Of a DNA stretch of 64,000 bases, positions 37,101 to 49,100 are shown one piece after another. Numbering within the stretch: position 1 is the first letter of the stretch; each line of letters opens with the position of its first letter. A model generated the notes under the pieces. The model did no database searches. It had not been told where the DNA came from and saw only the letters and a program-made list of their open reading frames with translations. Position numbers and translations under genes: made by a program. The stretch covers positions 300,441 through 364,440 of the forward strand of contig JAQGDQ010000011.1 of the NCBI GenBank assembly GCA_030141605.1. Reading direction: 5' to 3'. Origin of the DNA: Tubiluchus corallicola. Taxonomy: Eukaryota > Animalia > Priapulida.

Positions 37101-40100
37101 TACATAAGTTACAGTTGAGGAAACGCCTTTCACTCTCGCCGTCTTCCTGAAATCTTTAATTAGCTGGAGACGAGCCTGTAAAGTTTTTTGCTGCTTCTGC
37201 CAAAGTTTTAGTTTGAATTCTATTGTTTCAGCTTCTTATGTTTAAACCTAGGCTGAAGTGAAAATGGGAGTTTTGTAAATATGCTGTGTAGCATTTTTGA
37301 ACGTTTGTGACGAAAGTTGTTTAACTCTGCAAATTCAATGCAAACGACTTCTAAACGTTATTGCAGGTAAAGATTTAAAAATGGGTTCTAAGTGCCAGAT
37401 TTTAGTGGCCCCTTATAAGCTACGAAGTGCTGAATTTTATATATTTAAATTTTCAGCATGGTGTACTGTTGTCCTTATACAGGGTGGCTCATAATCTCAT
37501 GCTAGGCAGTTAAAAAACGAGTAACTGTACAGATCAATTTATTATATCAAAGAATTGCCCAAAAATAGCGAATCTATCAATCCCTCAAAATTTAGTGTGA
37601 AAGCCTCATATGTCTCACTTAGCGTGCAATTTTGAGGTGTATGATTGGAGCAGTGACTTGAGGAACTCAAGATCCTGCAACACCTTGCAGATGTCTCACA
37701 AATTTCTCTGTTGAACACTGATCAATGGCATGTTTTTTATCTATAGCTCCATCGTCTTGGGTTGCGTTTGAAGTTTGGCAAATTTTCAGGCAATTCAGTT
37801 CTACTAAAAAAATTAATTAATCCTAGAGTTTTCAGATCGCTGCTCCTTGAGGCTGGGCAAGACGCCTGAGGCATTTAAGCTAAATTATGAGAGTGTGATA
37901 GGTTTTCTGTTGTTTCATCAGTACTTTGATGCAGTAAATTGTTCTGTACTGTGACTTTTACTGCTTTTGACCTTTCTCTCCTCAAGTAAAACGTTGTGTA
38001 CCATCTTGTAATGAAATAATTTGTATTGTGTGTCGTCACCATGTGTTATTGCTGCTTGCCAGACACTGTTTGTGGTATGCTAAGAAGTTAGATGACACAT
38101 GGCCAAGAGATACATAACACTATCTGTTATCTCTAGTGCTAACTATTGAATTTAGTTTTTACTTCTTGCTTATGTAGACAGTGTGATGTGATGTAATAGT
38201 AAAATAAGGAGAAGAGGGGTTCGTGAAGAGGAAATAGTTGTTTACATTTGGCGGGAGCTCATTTGGGTTGGACATGCCATAAAAATATTTTTCATTTGTG
38301 AATCTGACATGCCCAAGACCAGTGTCTATCCCACAGCGCTTGTTTTATATTGTTAAAGTGTCAACTAATTGTTATGCATAATTGTAGATCTATAATACAA
38401 ATGTTTTGAACATGCTCACCGTTTTTCATTTTAGTTGCACCTAGCAATCCTCAAATAGTGCAGGGGTCAGAAGTACAGGTCACTGCTGATTTACCAGTCA
38501 ACCTCACATGCCGGGCGAACGGCGGAAAGCCAGCTGCCGAGCTTACCTGGCACGATCATTCGGGCACGCCCATCAAGGACGAAATCCTCACAGTCACTGA
38601 GAACATTCCAAACAGGTAGTGCTTGACATGGTTGGTGTACTGTAAGCATTTGTTTTGTTAAGGTGATATGGTTTGCATATGCATACTCTAAAAAGTTGTG
38701 GACTCCTGGAGTCATCTTCTTAGATGGTTTGAGATTGTAATAATAATTATTGACTTATTTTTCTCAGCAAAGAGCAAAGGTAGGAGTGACTTCTAAAAAT
38801 AAATAATTTTGGCAAAAGTTGTGCTAAAATATTGCATGGTTGGTGGCACCCACCTCACTACCTCTGTTTGTCTGCAGTATGTGGCAAGTTGAATTTCTGA
38901 TATTTGTTATGACACTTGCAGATGCAGAGACTCTTAGAGTAAAGTTGCAGCATGTGCACGGTTTGGCATCTTCTTTCAGAACTTGTTGCAACGTGTGAAC
39001 GGCTTGTCAACTTGTCTTAGAGAGAAGTTGCACGACAAGTTGCGAGAGAAATCTCTACATCTGAACACGCTATTACATTTTTTATTCATTCAGAGTCATC
39101 GCCAGGTCTAAGGCTGACTTCTCTCAGTAACTAATATTTCAGTTTTTTTTCACAGCGGCTGTAAGCTTGTCCGATTCAAGTTAAGATGTCTCCTTTAATT
39201 GAAACTACAGAATCAGGTAGTCTAAACCAATTCAAGGCCGGTTTATGAGATGTACAGTTATGAAATGTCAAAACTTATAAGGTCATAACAAACTAACCAT
39301 TTGCCGCACTGTTTCAGCAAACGTGTGAACACCGTACATACGGTCACCATCATACCCTCCAAGGAACACGCGGGACGAGCTTTCACCTGCCTCATGTATC
39401 ACAAAGCATTGTCAGCGGCTAGAAGTGAACAAGTGCAGCTGGACGTAAGATGTAAGTTCACTGCATGCAACTGTTTCAAATTAATGTGAACCAGTCTTAA
39501 GGAAAAAGGAAACATCTTTGACTTGTGCCGAAATAATTTTTATTTAATATATATTAATAGGGATCTATTGATATATGGATATTGTGTAATTTAGGAATGA
39601 GTACGGTTATTAATTACTGTTCACTATTTCTCAAAATAATGACGTAATCATTAATATATTCCCTTCATTAAAAAGGTAAAATGCATTACTTGGACATAAG
39701 ATGTTTATGTAAAGTTATATAAACGTATAAAGGTATAAAATTATATAAATACAGAAAAGGTGTAATCATTTGCTTATAAAAAATTATTCTGACTTTAACG
39801 TGATTCTTCAGCAACAATAAAATTGCAACTCATGTCATTACCTGTTATGCTGATTTTAAAGAAACTAGCAGTTTGCTTTGCTTAAAACAGTCAGTATAGG
39901 GAAACAGTGACTTGTCATTCTCTGCGACACTGGGCGAAAACAATTTGTAGGCTTATTCAACTAAACTTTTCAGACAAGAGAGAGTGTCTAGTTGTGCTTG
40001 ACAGCTCCCCGAAACTAGTGCGCTCAGCCAACAGGTTGGCCTAAGTAAAGGACTTGTCTATCACTAGTCAATCAGAGGATATGTCCACCAATTTTGAAAG

Positions 40101-43100
40101 GTTTTATACATTGTGGACATATGCTGATATTTATTAAGATATTTTAAAGGAAAACCCAAATCTCTGGTGAAGCTGAGCTTACATGAATATTTAAAAAAAA
40201 ATATTAGAAAGCTTCGGCAATAAAATTGCAATAACGCCTCGTGTAATTAGTAAAATAATTTCGTTTTGAATGAAAATTGTCATCATGCTAATTGATATGA
40301 CTAATTTTTACATAAACATATTTAAACACAATGCATGCTAAAATAGCTGAAATTTTGAATGAACTGCAGAAGTTTTGCTATACGAGTACCTTCACGGCAT
40401 TCATGCTGTCCACCAATTTACATCATTTTTTTGCATATATGTCCGCAGCGAGGCTCGTTAGGCGGGTTAAGATTAGATTTAATTTCTTTTGTATTTTTGA
40501 GCAAGGCATTTTATGCACACATTTAGTAGTGATTTCAATATTTTTAAATGTATTTTAAAATACATTGAATGTTGTTAGAGAGGTGGCTTTTCCTTGAAAC
40601 TAGATGCATCTCAATACAGACTTGCTATAGTCAACAAATAATTATTATGATTGTTACACTATTGCAGATAAACCAGTACTAAGAATCACAGTGACGCCTT
40701 ATGGAATACGAGAATACGACAACGTTGTCATTCACTGTCAAGCGACAGCCAACCCAACAAGTATAGAATACGAGTGGTACAGAAACGGTGTGCTTTTAGA
40801 TGGAGAAAAGGGACACAAGCTTCGGGTAAGACATTTGATTGTTTATTACGGTTTGTCAAATCAAAATATTAGAAAATTTGTTTTCAGATGTGTGCTTGGG
40901 TGACTGAAAAGTATGCCGGCTAGGGAACTACACTTGCATGGTAAATACCGCTTAGACTTAGAGGTTACACGATAGCCCATAATACCCATTGTTGACCTTT
41001 CACTTGCGACCTTTGACCCATGTTCTGTGACCACTGTTATATCTTGTTTGTCCTGTTTTTTTAGATATACAACATCAATCGTGGTTACCATGACAACAAG
41101 ATCATGTGCAAGGCTCGTAACGAAATTGGCATCAGCGAACAGGAAATCACTTTAGAAATGAAATGTACGTAGATATGTTTTTGTTGCCGCATACGAATTT
41201 TGTTTTTGAACTACGTGTCACATTAACCTTTTTGGCGACTAAGTAAATCTTTTACGTTAATAATTACGTTAGAGATAACACCTTAGAACCTTATGTAGAC
41301 CTTTTTAGTATACTGTACAGGTCAAAATGTCATACCAATAACTGTTGATTTATTATTTGGATGTGATAGATGGGCCAAAGTTTTTGAGTTTGCCTGCAAG
41401 TGTAGCCGTAGATCTGCACAAGGACGCTACACTTTACTGTGAGGCGGATGGTAATCCTCGACCTACAATTGTCTGGTTTAGACCAGGTTAGTTTTCACTT
41501 TTTATAATTGTAAGTGATAGTCTAAGAGTGTACTAGTGTAACTTCTTTTGTAGTTGACATACCATACTTTCTTGTTTATCCAACAATGTTCATCATTCGG
41601 TTCTGGTAAGCCACTAAACAAAACGAATTAACTCCAAAAATAAAAGACCTGTTTCATTTAAATACAGAATATTATTAGATAATAGTTTTTGGCAGTTTTT
41701 CATTAGAGTGTGCGGCAGTTTTCTAAGGACGCGCAAACCATCGATGAGAATACGTAATATATTTAAACCTTGTCTGTATATACCAAGTGATCAAAAGTTG
41801 TCTAAAAGAATAATGGCTATCACATGCACTGAGCATTTTATGTGCAGTTTCTGAGATTCTCATGCAGTTTCCATGCTTGAGTTGTGCAACTCAGAAACCT
41901 TTGTACTCAATGCTAAATACCAGTGGAATCTTCTGCTCCCTTATGCATGTTTTATTGTGTTAATATCATCTGCACTATTGCTTGTTGTGTGTGTATTTCT
42001 CAATCCAGTGTTTGATCAGGCCGCGACTTTTTTGCAACGATTGAAAAGTGCAACAGTCGTTAAAAAATTCCCGTAACTGTGTTTTGTCGCAAATCATTGT
42101 CTATTTGGGCTTTTTTCTTGAGTGAAATCGCGACAATGTCTCACGAATTTCACATGACATGTTTGCAATTATTTGGCGACTTTTATGATACTTATGCAAC
42201 TAGGCAAATGTCACGCGACATTCGCGCGAGTATCACTTGCGATCACATCCTGACAATTTCACGGAATATTCGCAGAAAGAACTGCGGGATAATTGAGTTT
42301 CGCCAAAATATCGTAAAATTGTCGAAGAATAGTCGCAAAATCGTCGCAGCATTCTCAACGGCATTGCATAATGTTCGTCAGTTTATGTAGAAATTGTTGA
42401 CAAACTTCATAAATAATTTCTGACAAATTTGCAAATATTTGGCGCATGTTACAACAGTTTTGCAAGGTTTTGGCGAACTGGCGAGTTTTTCGGCTCCGGT
42501 GACAAACTTTAAAGATTTTAAAAATATTTTCCGAACCCAGTGACCTTTTTGCGACTACGGTGAACACTCGTGATTGTTTTGCGATTGTTTGACGAACTTT
42601 TGGTGCATGCTTGGCGACTGTCAAAACCCCGCAAAAATCTGGCTTTACAGGGTTGTGTAAATTTATCCATGTCATTTATTTACTGTATGTTGGTAAATGG
42701 TGTTTATCTTTTATTATTGTGCTGCACCTTCACTCTATACAGGGAATTTTCCTTCTTAAGGTAAGAGTTACACTTTTTGTTCATTGCACTGAATTAATTC
42801 CTAAATTGTTCACTATAACTCCTACCACCTGGAAATAGTTGACAGAAACCATTTTTCCTGTTATGTGTTTATGAATACTTCTTCGCGTTTGTCAAACTTG
42901 TTAACGGATTTGTTTCATTTCCAAGCATTCAAGCATTCTCAAGAGCCAGTTGTGCAAACTAAATAACGGATGAACAAGGAAGAATTGGGTATCGAAACTG
43001 CATGGCAGACCTATTGAAATATCCCTAAAAAAATTTTTCAATTGGAGATGACTTTGCCTAAAACTAGCTTTAGAAAGAAACGTCCCACTAGTTTTGGAAA

Positions 43101-46100
43101 TGTGTCTTTTATGCAAAGCATTTTTTCTCGTGTAAGTGCAGCGGTGACCTGCATTGTCATCATTCTTTGGAGCACAACAAAAACTCTGTAGTTGTAAGGG
43201 CTAACTAACTGACTTTCTATTTCTTCCTGGGATCACATTAATATGATTTATAGATGTTCAATATGACAGTGATGATGTGACATGGCTTTACCATGTGTAC
43301 ACTTTAATTGTGTACATTTGAACAATGTACTTTGTGCATTCTGAATGTTTTCTGCTTGGCTTTTCTTATGATATCAACGCTGTAAGCTTAGCCGTGTTTA
43401 TTTATATCGCTGTTTTGCAGGTATGCAGGTGTTGACCAGCACTCCGTCGATGACAATAGAGAAGGTAGATCTAAACAAAGCCGGGAAGTACATTTGTGCG
43501 GCGACGGTTCCGAGCTTTGCAGACGTGTCTGCAGAAGTCAACATTTACATCAAAGGTATTATTAAGGCGACTACTCATTGTTTCTTGTAGTACCTTAGAA
43601 AGCTTAGTAGATGCAAGCAATGACAACTATAAATTTGATTCAATTTGGAAAGCATTAAATTGTGTTTTTTCTTGTTATTAAACAACTTTACATACATTAG
43701 TTACTTGGAACCGTCACTGTTTTCTGTTCATGTCACGGCCGATATTTTCTTTGTAGGTCCTCCAAAAATAACAAGTCCGAAACTGCAGACGGCGCCAGAA
43801 GGTGAAACGGGCAGAGTGGAGTGTGTTGTGGAGGGTGTGCCCTTGCCGAAGAGCATTCGGTGGGCGCGAGGGAATCACTTGATTGATTTTTCTGATGATC
43901 GATTCACGATACGACGAGAAGATTACGAAAGTTCAACTAAGAGTTACTTAACAATAGGTTTGTTAGCATTAACATTATCCACCTCGTTTTTTTATGTTGT
44001 GTTTTTTAAATGATCTGTCGATCGACATTAACCAGAATATTGAGGTGGGGTGAATAGCCGAGTACTCACATATGCTTTGCTTCAAGAGCTCTCGGCTGCC
44101 TGGATTCGATATTTACTATGGGTGGTTTCGTTCACCATACTTATTGTAGCTGTTCTGTTACCTCAGAGAGAGGATGTGTACATATATTCGAATTTAGCTG
44201 GGGCAATTCTATTCGTTCCATGGCTCAGCTGGATTCCTGTCTTGCCACAAAGGTCATATTGACTAGGTCCAGTGAATGTTGGGTTCTGGCTTGCAGGGTG
44301 TCAAAGTATATTAAAATATACAGGGTGGTATATAATCTTTTGCTAGGGGTACAGAAATAATAAGTAGCAGGACAGATCAGTTTATTGCATCAAAGTATTG
44401 CCCAAACAATAGTGAATCTATCTTGTCCTCACCATTTAGTGTGGAAGTCTCGTATGTCTCACACAGCTTGCAATCTTGAGGGGTATGATTGGAGCAGTGA
44501 CTTGAAGAGTCCAAGATCTTCCAACATGTCTTGCAGATGTCTCGCACGCTTGTCTGTTGAATACGGTTCAATGATGTCTTATCATTTTAGTGTGCTACTC
44601 GTTCACTTTGCCTTTTAGGATAGATTTAATGTGCTTGGCGGGGTTGAGGCTAGCGAATTTCTAATTCACCCTGTTTAGTCGAAAAAATCAATCTGAGAGT
44701 TTTCAGGTCACTGCTCCCATCATACAAATCAAGACTGCAGGCTGTGCAAGGCATACATATCTTTCATACTAAACTTTAGTGGTAAATTCACTGTAAACCC
44801 CCTTCCCCCCTTGAAAAAGGTTATGTAACACCTTGTATTGTACTATAAGCTTATAGATAGCAATAACATTAATTTTTAATGACAATAGCAATGACAGTCT
44901 AGTCTGGTTTTAAGCCCTTCAGACAGATTTGTTCAAATTGGGCCTCACTGCAAGAATGGGCCCTGCACACACGCTCGAGCGGAGGATGCTGTGATGAATT
45001 CACGAATGCCCAGTTTATACGAAATTTCTTGATGCTGTGAAGGCAGTGAAACTATTCAGTCTGTCCTCGTGTATTTATGTTTCAGTGTTTTTTGCTGATC
45101 GTTTCTTTGTTTGTTTTGTAATTTCAGTTTATCGTCCCCATTAACCTTTTTTAAGAAGAAGGTAATTGCTCTATATACATTAGTTCGATCAATGCTATTT
45201 ATAAAAAAGGACACTACAAAAACCATAGACTTTGAAATGATTTAAAGGATTTCTTTGCGGAGTTTTTTGTTAACACATAAAAAAGTTATGACACTAAAAT
45301 GATACAAGCATGTAGAAAAAGCACAGAAGCACAGCAAATAAAAGAACAAGGGAGCACTGATAGCACACTGATGATAGGAAATTCATTTATTGCATAAATG
45401 ACTAATGCGTAGCTTTTGGTAGAGTAATGCTTATGCTGTCCTTGGAATGTTAGCCTAGTTATTGAGGGAATAAATCTGCAATTCATTAATCTAAAATGCC
45501 TGAGAAAAATGAAGACAGAAGTGAGGCTTAATGTGAAATGAGAACCTTTAGGTTACAAGCACAATGATGTCATGTGTAGTTAGCCTATTGGTCCTTTCAG
45601 TCTGTTGTGGATCAGTTTGTTGAAACAGGAACCTTTATGTTACAAGTACAGTTGAGTGACGTAATGTGTAGTTAGCCAAATGGCTTTTTAACCTGTTGTA
45701 ATTCAACGTAGGTTCTGTAATAATAGCTAGCTGGCGTTTCTGTGGACAATTCGTGCAGTTCACATGGTGCAGTAATTGATATAAACGAATGTCTCATACA
45801 ACACCACTAGAACTTGTAGTTATTATTATTTAGTTTGACTTGTATGAATTTTGTTATTATCTTGCACCATTGAACATAGATGGCAGCACCATGTCATGAC
45901 ACTTGCACAAATTTTATTTTTGTCTTGCATCATTGGCCATGGATGACAGTGCCATTTTATGACTAGTTATATATCAAAAGTATTTGGTGCCATCTCTTGG
46001 CAAATGTAACAAAACTTATTTTTTTTACTTGATTTCTCTTTAAACTCTACAGAAACATTTTGCAATAATCATAAACAGTTTATCGAAATAAAACTCTAAA

Positions 46101-49100
46101 CATTGTAATTTTTTAAAATTACTAATTATTTTATTATATAAAAATAATAATCATTATAATTCAGTTCAAAACTAAAACAAGTATATGTGAATTCATCTGC
46201 TTTCCACCACTAAAGCTTATTGCTTTCTCTAGAAAGCCTCTGTCGTTTTTCTATTGTTGTGATGTATCACGCCAGTATAGTTATTGAAACATTGGAGCTT
46301 TTTGCTGTAAAGTTGAAAAATGGTGTCCACAAATTTAGTCAACAATATTCACTCTACAACATATTTGGCAAAGTTTTTAAACTGGACACACAAATCTTTC
46401 CCACACTAAATGACATCAGGCATTGTCGTCATTGATGAAATTGTCTATTGAAAATTTAAACTCGTTATTCATTACAGCTAATACACATGGCGATGACTAC
46501 GGCCAGTACAACTGCTCGGTGTCTAATGGCTACGGACAGGACCAGGTTGTAATCACCCTGGAGAAGGAATCCATATTACCGTTGCCATATCTAATAGGTG
46601 GAATTGTGGGCGGCATTGTCCTCATCATCATCATTGCTATTGGGATTGTGCTGTGTAATAGGAAGCGACACGTATCCGAGGGTAAGAATGTTTGTGGAAG
46701 CACAGTAACATTTACTGATTCATCACGTGATCATTTGTGTAAATTCGTTTCCTCTATAAATTCATAATTTTTGGGTACTACTGAGCTTTCGTATACTATT
46801 GTTGCTGTTCTCCATGCTTTATACATAAATATGTTCTTCTGTACAGATGAAAAAAGCTCTCTAGCACCCAAAAGTGATTAATTTTCGATAATTGTCATAC
46901 TCTTTAGTACAGTATGCATCGTGTGACTCATGAATGCTACATTATTATTAAGAATATATATATATATATATTGGTAGGCCGTCGTCAAACGACGGATCCG
47001 GCCCAACAGACAGACACAAAATACAGACAAAATACAGAGAGATATTACAGTAGGAAATAAAATAAATGAGTCATGAAAGTCCGTCCAGTCACTGCACATT
47101 ATTCTTACGCCGACGCCTCTTTTCTTTGAGATCTTCTATTCGTAGATGCTCAAAGTTGATCACTGCTCTCTTGCAGAGCGCTCTCCACTGCGTTCTGTCA
47201 CTCGCCAGGGTCTCGAAGTTTTCTGGTTGGATGTTGCATTGATTCAGGGTATCCTTCAGCTGGTCTTTGTAATGCTTAAAGGGCCTACCGACCCTCCTTG
47301 CCCCTACTGCCAACTCACCAAACAGGAGAGTCCGAGGAATACGGTCCTCACCCATCCGGGACACATGACCAGACCAGCGGAGCCGTGCCGCAAATATGTG
47401 GGATTCAATGCCCCAGGCATTACAGCGACCCAAGACTTCCGTGTTAGGCACTCTGTCCTGCCAGCGAATGCCAGCTATCCGACGTAAACAGCGCATATGG
47501 AAACTGTCAAGCTTCTTGACCTGTTTGCGGTACAGTGTCCAGGTTTCGCAGTTGTAAAGTAGTATTAAGAATAGTATTAGTAGTAATTGTGTTGTTGTTG
47601 ATACTGATGGTAAAGGAAGTCAGGTGATTTGCTAACTTGCGTGTGAAGTTACGCAATGCATGAGAACTATAATTTGATGCATGTGCGGGTGTGAAAAATG
47701 ACCATGTGACACAAGCTTAATGTATGAGAGTTAGCAGGTTTTGTATATTGTATTTGTTTTCGAGTTTTGGAATTAAACAATACAGTTTATTTTCAAAATG
47801 TTTATTTTCTACATTAAATAGATTGAAGTGATGTTTTAATTGTTAAATGATTTCGTCATTATGTAGCTGTTATTTGGGGCAATTTTTTCAGACGATGAAT
47901 CAAATTACTCAGAAAAATCTCGTGGTCGATCAAATGTCGTGGCGCTAACGGATTACAAACCGGGCACACTCACTGGATCTTTAAATCCCCGGGACATGTG
48001 GCCTCCAGATGGGAGAGATACGTACTATAGAGTCAACACTGCAGATTATTCAGAGCCAACGTATATGCAGAAGGTAAGAAATCATTGATGTTTTTCTTGG
48101 TGTCAGGTATCATTGCACTTAAAGTGTGTCATTCAGTGCATCTGGTAATGACTGCAATGATTGCACTTTTATGAGTTGTTCTGCAAACCTGTCAATTGTA
48201 AGCGGAGTAATGAGTATCTATCAGCAGTATGATTGCAATAATTGCACTTTCATGAGTTGTTCTGCAAACCTGTCAATTATAAGAGGAGTTCTGAGTATCT
48301 ATCAGCACTATGTACTTGTTGTGTGTTTGATTTTTCTTTGCTTCTTAGGGCGTCAGTTCTGCAATTATTACACAGGAATTCATGGAATCAATGTGCAGTT
48401 TTAAACTTCTATTAATGCACTTGAATTTTTTCCATTTTCATGTGAAGCTTTTTTCACGAAGTCAAGTTGGTTTTGGAAGTTTTTCTTCTAAAGATACCAG
48501 TTTTTAATGATTTCGTTTAGCTTCCCGTAAGAACTGTCCTGAGAATTCTACATTTTCTTCACTTACACTTGGTCATATAGACCGTAACTTCTGCTTCAAC
48601 ACATTGTTTCTTTTGTCGATTGCTTTGAGGGTTCTTTATGGTAGTAAGAGTGGCAATAGATCTGCTAAATTCAGAACTATATACACATTATTGAATGCTG
48701 CTTGTAGCGCTATCAGATGCGAAGAGTTCTCGCTATTTGTTGCCCAGCTTCTCCGTGAGAGTAAAGTTGCATGCATGAATGACTTGACAACTTCTCTCGC
48801 AACTTATTGCAAACTCAGCGAGAGTTGCTGAGAGTGAAGTTGTGCTACAAGTTGCGAGAGAAGTTGCCAATCCATTCACATGTGCAACTTTGCCCCTCAA
48901 AGAGAAGTTGTGCAACAAGTTGCCAATCCATTCACATGTGCAACTTTGCCCCTCAAAGAGAAGTTGTGCAACAAGTTGCGAGAGAAGTTGCCAAGCTGTT
49001 AACACGTGCAACTTTACTCTCAGAGAGAAGGTGCGTAACAAGTTGCGATAAAAGTCTCTACATCTGAACGCACCATTAAACTGGCGAACAGCAAAAGTCG

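Noticed and set aside
44040-44280. Possible old tRNA-headed SINE (similar weak case at 34620-34770)
   Set aside because: Too degenerate to support by eye.
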